Of a stretch of 64,000 bases of DNA, positions 1-6,885 are shown piece by piece. Positions within the stretch are counted from its first letter, which is position 1. Every line of letters starts with the position of its first letter. Under the pieces are notes generated by a model. It was not told where the DNA came from, did not search any database, and saw nothing but the letters and a program-made list of their open reading frames with translations. Origin of the DNA: Clostridia bacterium (GTDB lineage: Bacteria > Bacillota > Clostridia > Oscillospirales > Acutalibacteraceae); contig JAFQBX010000043.1 in assembly GCA_017399535.1 (NCBI GenBank), forward strand, positions 11,971-75,970, in the 5' to 3' direction. The position numbers were made by a program, and so were the translations under genes.

Positions 1-436
1 CCGCTTTTTTATTCATTAAATCGGCAAAATTCTCTATTGAACCTGCTATCGAAATGGCGGTCGTATTTGCGGCATCGTTTCCGCTCGCGAGTAGCAGTCC
101 GTATAAAAGGTCACGATAATGTACTCTGTCGCCCTCCTGCAAACCCATTGACGAGCCCTCAACCGTAACCATTTCCTTTGTAGCGACTATTTCTTCATCA
201 AGGTCGCACATTTCGCAAAGAAGGAGCGCCGTCATAATCTTTGTCGTGCTTGCCATACTTGTTTTCTCACTGCCATTTTTTTCGCAAATGAGTTCGCCCG
301 TGTTCATTTCCACGACAGCGGCATATTTTGCCGATACGGAGGGCATCTGCCGCGGTGCAGCGGCACAAACTCTATTACTCAAAGAGGTCAAAAAAACAGC
401 GGCAGTAATTATCGAGATTATCAGTCTTTGTTTCAT
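1..436 (-). CDS. D-alanyl-D-alanine carboxypeptidase (peptidase S11), N-terminal part; the C-terminus lies beyond the window edge
   Basis: My reverse-strand translation from the ATG at 436 gives MKQRLIISIITAAVFL... (signal peptide), then SMASTTKIMT (SxxK) and LASGNDAA (SxN). It is not in the ORF track because the ORF is truncated by the window edge. Confidence 0.85.
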   Translation of the reverse strand, partial: MKQRLIISIITAAVFLTSLSNRVCAAAPRQMPSVSAKYAAVVEMNTGELICEKNGSEKTSMASTTKIMTALLLCEMCDLDEEIVATKEMVTVEGSSMGLQEGDRVHYRDLLYGLLLASGNDAANTTAISIAGSIENFADLMNKKA

Positions 437-517
437 AAAATATCGCACCTTTCGGGGCGCATTTCATGAATACACGCCCGCAAAATTATATGCAGGCGTG
501 CTTGGCCGATATTATTT

Positions 518-907
518 TTACGCGTTCTTTTCTTCTTCGTCCTTATCCTTTTTGAAAAGGGCAGTAACCTTGTCAAAAAGGGCAGGGATGAGGTCGATTG
601 CCTTATCTGTTGAGCTGGGATTTTTGTTGATTTGGAGCATTCTGACGTCGCTTCCGTTTATAACGATAAATGCGGTCGGAGTAACCGAAACGCCTGCACC
701 TGCACCACCGCCAAAAAGCTTAACGTTGGCTCTTGATGGAAAGTCGCTTCCACCCGAAGCAAAGCCAAACGAAATTTTAGAAACGGGGATAATAACAATT
801 CCGTTTTCGAGTGTGATTTCCTTGCCGATAATAGTGTCGGCATCAACCATTGAACGAATTTTATCCATCGTAACGTCCATAATTCCTTTGATTGCTGTAT
901 CGCTCAT
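518..907 (-). CDS. ytfJ: sporulation protein YtfJ (GerW family)
   Basis: 129 aa with the typical YtfJ core: IIPVSKISFGFASGGSDF ... GGGAGAGVSVTP. Confidence 0.85.
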   Translation of the reverse strand: MSDTAIKGIMDVTMDKIRSMVDADTIIGKEITLENGIVIIPVSKISFGFASGGSDFPSRANVKLFGGGAGAGVSVTPTAFIVINGSDVRMLQINKNPSSTDKAIDLIPALFDKVTALFKKDKDEEEKNA

Positions 908-1039
908 TTAAAAGCACCATCCTTAATAAATTTTTCGTTTCTTTATATTGATTTAATAATACGCTTAATAATTCTATTGTTGCGGTTAATTGATAAATTG
1001 GTCGTATCTTCCTTTTTATCTTTATCTTTTTTGTCAGTT

Positions 1040-1666
1040 TTATTCAGCTAAAACCGACTGCTCCGACGAAGCAGTTTCTCTCGGTCTGCTGATAATTTCG
1101 TCAATTTCAATCTGACTGTCGTCCTCGCCCGTCAGCTTTTCCTGATCCTCGGTTGCCTTTTTTGGCAGTTTGGGAAGGTCGTCCAAGCTTTCTATTCCAA
1201 ACGAACGTAAAAATCCGTCTGTCGTGCCGTAAATGAGGGGGCGTCCCGGCAATTCGAGTCGTCCTCGTTCCTCAATGAGTCCCTTTTCAACGAGGGACGA
1301 AACTACGCCCGAGCAATCAACTCCGCGTACCTGCTCAATAAATGCACGGGTAACCGGCTGATTGTACGCGACCACCGCAAGAACCTCGAATGCCGCGGGT
1401 GAAAGGGGAGTGTTGCGCTGAATTTCGAGCATTTTGCGTATAATCGGAGCAAACTTGCTCTCGGTAATAAGCTGATAGCTGTCATTAAGTTTAATAATTC
1501 TCAGTGCGCTGTCATTCTTTTCGTATCCGGCGTTTAGCGCGGCAACCGTTTTTGCCACCTCGTCGGAGTTAATCGAAAGAATTTCGCAAATTCGGTCGGT
1601 GGCAACCGGCTCACCCGAAGCAAATATGAGCGCCTCAATCGAAGCTTTTATCGAGTTTTCAGTCAT
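1040..1666 (-). CDS. scpB: segregation and condensation protein B
   Basis: 208 aa with IEALIFASGEPV and AAFEVLAVVAYNQPVTRAFIEQVRGV motifs. It overlaps the scpA stop. Confidence 0.9.
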   Translation of the reverse strand: MTENSIKASIEALIFASGEPVATDRICEILSINSDEVAKTVAALNAGYEKNDSALRIIKLNDSYQLITESKFAPIIRKMLEIQRNTPLSPAAFEVLAVVAYNQPVTRAFIEQVRGVDCSGVVSSLVEKGLIEERGRLELPGRPLIYGTTDGFLRSFGIESLDDLPKLPKKATEDQEKLTGEDDSQIEIDEIISRPRETASSEQSVLAE

Positions 1667-2378
1667 TGTTATCCTCCTTACCGAACATTGTAACCGTCAT
1701 TTTATCACCTTCGCCGTCAACAGTAACCCGTCGCGCTTTTACAAGCTCGAGAATTGCCAAAAATGTAGCAACAAGCTCCGATCGACTCTTTGACTCGGTG
1801 AAAAGTGATTTCCACTTTACCTTTGTTTTTTTTCTCAGATTGCGCAATATCGAAATAACCTTTGTCGATACGGCAACGATTTTTTTCGCAACCAGCGGTT
1901 TAAAGTTGTCAACCGGCGGCGGAAGATGTCTCAGTCCACGACCGACAGCCGACAGATAAGCGTCGATAAGCTCGACCGCCTCATGTTTGCGCTTATATGT
2001 CTTGTCACATTCGATTTTCATCTGACTGCGGACAAATCGACCGAAACCGTCGGTCATGGTCGAAAGTTCCTTTGCCATCTGTTTACAAACGCTGTATTCG
2101 AGAAGCTCGGCGGACAGTTCCTCTTTAAGCGAATCTCCCTCATCGTGTTGCGGCAGAAGCATGACCGTCTTTATATAAACGAGTCGTGCTGCCATTTCGA
2201 GAAATTCACTCGCAACGTCCATGTCATTCTCTTGCATTAACTTTATCTGCTCCATATACTGTTCGAGCAGCTGCGAAATGTTAATGTCGTAAATATTCAG
2301 TTTATTTTTGGCTATCAGTGTGAGAAGTAGGTCGAGCGGCCCCTCAAACACATCAAGCTTGTATGAAAGCTTGTCCAT
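1659..2378 (-). CDS. scpA: segregation and condensation protein A
   Basis: 239 aa with the N-terminal FEGPLDLLLTLI kleisin motif. It lies directly upstream of scpB. Confidence 0.9.
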   Translation of the reverse strand: MDKLSYKLDVFEGPLDLLLTLIAKNKLNIYDINISQLLEQYMEQIKLMQENDMDVASEFLEMAARLVYIKTVMLLPQHDEGDSLKEELSAELLEYSVCKQMAKELSTMTDGFGRFVRSQMKIECDKTYKRKHEAVELIDAYLSAVGRGLRHLPPPVDNFKPLVAKKIVAVSTKVISILRNLRKKTKVKWKSLFTESKSRSELVATFLAILELVKARRVTVDGEGDKMTVTMFGKEDNND

Positions 2379-2407
2379 ATTAAACTGACTCCGTTTAAAA
2401 ATATTGA

Positions 2408-3175
2408 TTAAACTACGTTGTGAAAGGGTAAAGTGGCGTCAAAAATGCTAAACGGCAGGGTAACGATATAGTCGATAACATTATATACGTTATCGCTGAT
2501 GAACCCTATTGTTGATGATAATACACCCGTTGCGGCAAGCGCTATAACAATTACAAATGTATATTGCTCAAACGACTGAAGCTTATAATAAATTCGGTTG
2601 GGTAAAAATGCGCCGATTATGCGCGAACCGTCGAGCGGTGGAATTGGAATAAGGTTGAATGCCGCAAGATAAAGGTTAATATTAGCCGCAGTGCTCAAAA
2701 AGACAATAACGTAATAGAATATTTTGAATGTTAAATCGCTGGCACCGCTATAATAAATTACGTTAATATCGGCAACGATTTCGATGCCATAAAAACCCGA
2801 AACATAATCGACAATATTCACCATAATCATTAAAACTATCGCCATCAGGATATTTGAAATCGGACCTGCTGCGGCAATGAGCGCCATATCTCTTTTCGGC
2901 TTTCTTAAATTCCATTGATTGACGGGCACCGGCTCAGCCCAACCGAAGCCAAATGCAAGGAGCAGTAATGCGCCCAAATAGTTTATGTGCTTAATCGGGT
3001 TGAGGGTGAGGCGACCAAATGACTTTGCTGTATTGTCGCCAAGTTTGTGTGCGATATATGCGTGAGCCGCTTCGTGAACAGGCATGGTACAAAATATTAC
3101 AAAAAGGATTGACAACAGCGAAACTACAAAGTATTCAATGCTTTTAATTCCACCATTTAAGAGATCGGATAACAA
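2408..3175 (-). CDS. site-2 protease family (peptidase M50) membrane metalloprotease
   Basis: 255 aa, multi-TM, with the HEAAHA zinc motif (HExxH) in the first TM region. Confidence 0.8.
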   Translation of the reverse strand: MLSDLLNGGIKSIEYFVVSLLSILFVIFCTMPVHEAAHAYIAHKLGDNTAKSFGRLTLNPIKHINYLGALLLLAFGFGWAEPVPVNQWNLRKPKRDMALIAAAGPISNILMAIVLMIMVNIVDYVSGFYGIEIVADINVIYYSGASDLTFKIFYYVIVFLSTAANINLYLAAFNLIPIPPLDGSRIIGAFLPNRIYYKLQSFEQYTFVIVIALAATGVLSSTIGFISDNVYNVIDYIVTLPFSIFDATLPFHNVV

Positions 3176-3304
3176 TTTAAAAGGACTCCTTTATATGAAA
3201 ATACAAATATACATAATAATTATATAATATTATTAACAAAAATACAAGAGTAAAGACCTTTTAAACAGAAATTTTAAAAAAATAAAAAAACACGAAAAAA
3301 TGTC

Positions 3305-3333
3305 TTGACAGTCGAATAATCTTTTGCTATAAT
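3305..3333 (+). promoter_or_regulatory. sigma-A type promoter for tRNA-Leu(GAG)
   Basis: TTGACA (3305-3310), a 17-nt spacer, then TATAAT (3328-3333), about 30 nt upstream of the tRNA. Confidence 0.55.
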
Positions 3334-3364
3334 AGCCAATGCGCTGTTAAGGAACATGACATTT

Positions 3365-3448
3365 GCGAGCATGCTGGAATTGGCAGACAGGCACGTTTGA
3401 GGGGCGTGTGTTTATGACGTGTGGGTTCAAGTCCCACTGCTCGCACCA
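3365..3448 (+). tRNA. tRNA-Leu (anticodon GAG), class II with long variable arm, CCA encoded
   Basis: Acceptor GCGAGCA / TGCTCGC. Anticodon stem CACGT / GCGTG with loop TTGAGGG. T-arm GTGGG-TTCAAGT-CCCAC. 3' ACCA. Confidence 0.9.
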
Positions 3449-3453
3449 GCGCG

Positions 3454-3489
3454 GCGCTGAACGATTATTTGTTCAGCGCTTCTTTTTTT
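3454..3489 (+). terminator. rho-independent terminator after tRNA-Leu(GAG)
   Basis: Stem GCGCTGAAC / GTTCAGCGC followed by a T-run. Confidence 0.7.
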
Positions 3490-3516
3490 GCCTATTTGAT
3501 GTGAAATGTTTTTCAC

Positions 3517-3545
3517 TTAATATGCGGGTGTGGCGGAATTGGCAG
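3517..3545 (+). repeat. 29-nt direct repeat, copy 1: 7 nt of upstream sequence plus the first 22 nt of tRNA-Leu(TAG). This is a truncated tRNA 5' fragment.
   Basis: TTAATATGCGGGTGTGGCGGAATTGGCAG is identical to 3690-3718. After it the sequence diverges and no anticodon arm, T arm or acceptor 3' strand follows. Confidence 0.85.
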
Positions 3546-3680
3546 CGTAGAGCTTGACCGCGTCCGGTGGACGAAGAAGGGAAAGCGAAACGGCGCAGCG
3601 GTCGACAGATGGCGATGCAACACCTTGCAGAAGGCAGATGTCGGGCACCGCAAGAGTTACGCGGAAGCGCGGCTGCCTGA
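3524..3680 (+). ncRNA. candidate structured RNA / tRNA leader of unknown family, GC-rich
   Basis: By eye this is about 60% GC inside an AT-rich intergenic region, with no ORF. Long-range pairings: GGCAGC 3541-3546 with GCTGCC 3672-3677; GCTT 3552-3555 with AAGC 3665-3668; CCGCGT 3558-3563 with ACGCGG 3659-3664; CGGTG 3565-3569 with CACCG 3646-3650. It lies immediately upstream of an intact tRNA with no terminator between them. Confidence 0.35.
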
Positions 3681-3689
3681 TAAAAAAAG

Positions 3690-3718
3690 TTAATATGCGG
3701 GTGTGGCGGAATTGGCAG
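3690..3718 (+). repeat. 29-nt direct repeat, copy 2 (overlaps the 5' end of the intact tRNA-Leu(TAG))
   Basis: Identical to 3517-3545. Confidence 0.85.
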
Positions 3719-3780
3719 ACGCGCTAGACTTAGGATCTAGTGGTACTACCGTGGGGGTTCAAGTCCCTTCACCCGCACCA
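3697..3780 (+). tRNA. tRNA-Leu (anticodon TAG), class II, CCA encoded
   Basis: Acceptor GCGGGTG / CACCCGC. Anticodon stem CTAGA / TCTAG with loop CTTAGGA. TTCAAGT T-loop. 3' ACCA. Confidence 0.9.
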
Positions 3781-3782
3781 AA

Positions 3783-3816
3783 AAAATCCGTTCTCTTTGT
3801 GAAAACGGATTTTTTA
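3783..3816 (+). terminator. rho-independent terminator after tRNA-Leu(TAG)
   Basis: Stem AAATCCGTT / AACGGATTT followed by TTTTT. Confidence 0.7.
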
Positions 3817-3895
3817 TTTCATTATTGCATATCAACTGCTTATGAGGTAATATTTAATATAGTAAACGAAATTAACCTAAATAGGCAGGTGAGTT

Positions 3896-5257
3896 ATGGA
3901 AAACAAGCTTGAAAAAAGATACGGCTTATTGACGGCGATATGCCTTATAGTCGGGTCGGTAATCGGTTCGGGCGTGTTTTTTAAGGCAAACAAAGTGCTC
4001 GAAAACACAAACGGGAATATGACCGGATGCCTGATTATCGTCGGTGGCGTCGGCCTAATAATGCTGATATGCACCTACGTTTTTTCCATTCTTGCCGGTC
4101 GGTATCAGAAGGTGAACGGTGTCATCGACTATGCCGAGGCATCGCTCGGAGAAGCGTACGGCTACGCTGTTGGTTGGTTTATGACGACGATTTATTATCC
4201 GACCCTTGCCGCTACTCTCGCATGGGTTTCGGCTGACTTTACTTGCATTCTGTTTAATCACCGAGGAGACAGCGGAATACGTCTCGCACTAGCGGGATTT
4301 TACCTCATTTTATCCTGTGCGATAAACGCTTTGTCACCCAAACTTGCCGGTCAAATTCAGGTTTCCGCTACTGTGATAAAGTTGATTCCGCTTGTCATTA
4401 TGGCTATAATCGGGACAGCAATCGGACTTTCAAACGGAATGACGGTTGAAGCATTGACCTTGACCATGCCTGACGGAAGTGCTGCATTTAATTTTTCGGG
4501 AATTTTCTCGGGAATGGTCGCCTTTGCGTTTGCCTTTGAGGGCTGGATTATCACCACCTCAATCAATGCCGAGCTTCGCAATTCAAAGCGAAATTTACCG
4601 ATTGCCTTAATTTCGGGTGCGCTAATTGTAATCGCCGTCTATCTTTCCTATTTTCTCGGACTTTCGGGCGTTTTGCCTACCGACCGTCTGCTTTTACCGC
4701 AAAGAAACGTGCCGATGGACGCATTTTCCACCCTCTTTGGCAGTGATATTTTTGGAACGGCAGTATTTGTTTTTATCATTATTTCCTGCCTGGGAGCCAT
4801 GAACGGCGTAATGCTCGGTTGCAGTCGCGGAATGTTTTCTCTTTCAGCAAGAGGACGCGGTCCCGCACCTCGTATCTTTTCTCAAATCGATGCATCCACC
4901 AATATGCCGGTTAACTCGGCAATAATCGGGCTGCTTTTTACAGTTGTTTGGCTTGTTCAGTGGCAGCTTGGCGAAATGGGTGACAACGTGCTACCTGAAA
5001 TTATCGGCTGGGAAAATAACGAACTTCCGGTAATAACAATGTATGCCGCTTACGTGCCTATTTTCATAATGCTGATTGTAAAGGGCAAGGAGCTCGGCAA
5101 ATTCAAGCGATTTATAATGCCGATACTTGCGATTGGATGCTGTGTGTTTATGGTATATGCCGCCGTCTCGGCATACAAAATGAGGGCGGTTTATTATCTT
5201 ATAACCTTTTTTGTAATTATGCTTATAGGAATGGCATTTTACAAAAAGCGGATATAA
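3896..5257 (+). CDS. amino acid permease (APC superfamily)
   Basis: 453 aa with about 12 predicted TM segments, an N-terminal GSVIGSGVFF motif and a FAFEGW motif typical of APC transporters. Confidence 0.85.
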   Translation: MENKLEKRYGLLTAICLIVGSVIGSGVFFKANKVLENTNGNMTGCLIIVGGVGLIMLICTYVFSILAGRYQKVNGVIDYAEASLGEAYGYAVGWFMTTIYYPTLAATLAWVSADFTCILFNHRGDSGIRLALAGFYLILSCAINALSPKLAGQIQVSATVIKLIPLVIMAIIGTAIGLSNGMTVEALTLTMPDGSAAFNFSGIFSGMVAFAFAFEGWIITTSINAELRNSKRNLPIALISGALIVIAVYLSYFLGLSGVLPTDRLLLPQRNVPMDAFSTLFGSDIFGTAVFVFIIISCLGAMNGVMLGCSRGMFSLSARGRGPAPRIFSQIDASTNMPVNSAIIGLLFTVVWLVQWQLGEMGDNVLPEIIGWENNELPVITMYAAYVPIFIMLIVKGKELGKFKRFIMPILAIGCCVFMVYAAVSAYKMRAVYYLITFFVIMLIGMAFYKKRI

Positions 5258-5301
5258 ATTAAAATTATGCACAAAAATAACTACAAGGAGGTGTAAACGA
5301 T

Positions 5302-5457
5302 ATGAAATATGTATGTGACGTTTGCGGCTGGGTATATGACGAAGAGGTCGGCTGCGAAGAAAAGGGAATACCCGCAGGAACAAAGTTTGAGGATTTACCG
5401 GATGATTTTGCGTGCCTTCTTTGCGGAGTAGGCAAGGATATGTTCAGCGCAGAATAA
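5302..5457 (+). CDS. rubredoxin
   Basis: 51-aa ORF below the track cutoff: [15 protein letters not shown]...[16 protein letters not shown]. It has two CxxCG knuckles, and AGGAGGTG lies 8 nt upstream. Confidence 0.9.
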   Translation: MKYVCDVCGWVYDEEVGCEEKGIPAGTKFEDLPDDFACLLCGVGKDMFSAE

Positions 5458-5468
5458 TTTAAAATGAA

Positions 5469-5503
5469 AAATGACAGTAGGGCTAACCTGCTGTCATTTT
5501 TTT
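5469..5503 (+). terminator. rho-independent terminator after rubredoxin
   Basis: Stem ATGACAG / CTGTCAT followed by a T-run. Confidence 0.65.
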
Positions 5504-5573
5504 AATCATTGTCTTTTTGCGTTAAGTGTGTTAAAATATAAAACAGATTAGCAAAAAATTATGAGGTTTTGTA

Positions 5574-6224
5574 ATGAAAAGGGAAATGAAAATCAGGGTA
5601 AAGGAGAGTAAGCACGTTATATTATTTTCATTGTTTATTTTAATGGAAGTGCTTTATTTTTTGACCCAGTTTCGTGATGTAGAATATAATATAATTCACC
5701 TTGCGATTGATGACGCGATACCGTTTTTGCCCATTTTTGTTATCCCGTACGTGATTTGGTATGCGTATGTGCCGGCAGGAATGCTGTATAATTGCTTTAC
5801 TGATAAGAGGGAATTTTGTAAGCAGATTTTGACGGTGGTTGCAGGTATGGCGATTTCGATAATTACCTTCTGCCTTTATCCCACGGCTGTCGATTTTAGA
5901 CCGACGGCGGAAGGGGATGGCCTTCTCCTTTGGATATGCCGACTGCTGTTTTCATCCGACAAGCCGATAAATGTGCTTCCGAGTATGCATTGTTACGAGG
6001 CGGCGATAATCCATCTTACTGCGTTCAGGAATGAAAATCTGCGAAAAAACATTCCGCTCCGTGTGGGCTCGGCAATTTTGTCGGTGATGATTTGTCTTTC
6101 AACCGTGTTTATCAAGCAGCATTCGATAGCCGACCTTGTCAGCGGAGTAGCCCTCGCATATATACTTTATTTTATCGTTTACATCTTGCCCGATTTGATA
6201 AAAAAGAAAAGGGCAGCTACATAA
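5574..6224 (+). CDS. PAP2-superfamily membrane protein (sphingomyelin-synthase-like PAP2_C type)
   Basis: 216 aa, multi-TM. PSMHC and KQHSIADLVSG resemble the SxH and HxxxD phosphatase motifs. Confidence 0.6.
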   Translation: MKREMKIRVKESKHVILFSLFILMEVLYFLTQFRDVEYNIIHLAIDDAIPFLPIFVIPYVIWYAYVPAGMLYNCFTDKREFCKQILTVVAGMAISIITFCLYPTAVDFRPTAEGDGLLLWICRLLFSSDKPINVLPSMHCYEAAIIHLTAFRNENLRKNIPLRVGSAILSVMICLSTVFIKQHSIADLVSGVALAYILYFIVYILPDLIKKKRAAT

Positions 6225-6279
6225 TTTGCTGTATAAAAATATGCACCTCAAAAGTGTCTAACTTTTGGGGTGCATATCA

Positions 6280-6774
6280 TTATGCGAGTGGATTTTTATT
6301 TTTTTTATTAAATAATTTCACAACCAATAGATAGAGTGCGGCGAATATTGCGGCACCGCAGGTGTCGATGAGTATGTCGCTGAGCCGACAGGCGCGACCC
6401 GACACAAACAGCTGATGAATTTCGTCGGTTGCGGCATAAACGAGCGAGATTAAAACGGCTAAAATTGCCCGATTTATCGGCAGAAAATCGTTAAAAAGCA
6501 GAGCGAAAACAAGTAACGCTGATAGAATGAAATATTCGGTTAAATGGGCTATTTTTCTGACAAAATGCTCGGTGGTGTCGATTATTTCCGCCTGTTCATC
6601 GGGGGACAGTGAGTCGAAGCCGGGATAAATTTTGGCAATGATTTTTGCCGTTGTACTGCTGCTGATTTCGCCCGAAACCTCGGCAGTTTGTCCCGAAAAT
6701 GAAAATATCAGTCCCATCCATAAAATGACGAGCAACCACGCCAAACACTGAAAAAATCTTTTCTTCATTTTCAC
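6280..6774 (-). CDS. VanZ family membrane protein
   Basis: 164 aa, 4-5 TM, with an HLTEYFILS ... TDEIHQLFVSGR ... DILIDTCGA pattern. Confidence 0.8.
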   Translation of the reverse strand: MKMKKRFFQCLAWLLVILWMGLIFSFSGQTAEVSGEISSSTTAKIIAKIYPGFDSLSPDEQAEIIDTTEHFVRKIAHLTEYFILSALLVFALLFNDFLPINRAILAVLISLVYAATDEIHQLFVSGRACRLSDILIDTCGAAIFAALYLLVVKLFNKKNKNPLA

Positions 6775-6885
6775 ATCTCCATAATGGATTATGCATTCAT
6801 TTTACTATGACAGTCAAAATATATCAACACTAAAAAAAGAAACCGACGGTGTTTCGCGTCGATTTCCTTTTTTTATCATACGGCT

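Noticed and set aside
246-911. 221-aa plus-strand ORF spanning the dac/ytfJ region
   Set aside because: It lies antisense to two well-supported minus-strand genes (the S11 carboxypeptidase N-terminus and ytfJ). Its translation is low-complexity with no motif and no RBS.
3546-3680. SRP (4.5S/scRNA) or 6S RNA identity for the GC-rich segment
   Set aside because: AAGGCAGATG resembles a stretch of E. coli 4.5S RNA. However, the invariant domain IV sequence (GGUCCGGAAGGAAGCAGC, containing the GGAA tetraloop) is absent, and the length and shape do not fit 6S RNA. I left it as an unknown family.
3524-3780. Intron-containing (group I) tRNA-Leu
   Set aside because: The two tRNA-like parts are a direct duplication of the same 5' segment, not 5' and 3' halves. 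The break is in the D-arm and not the anticodon loop, and 145 nt is too short for a group I intron.
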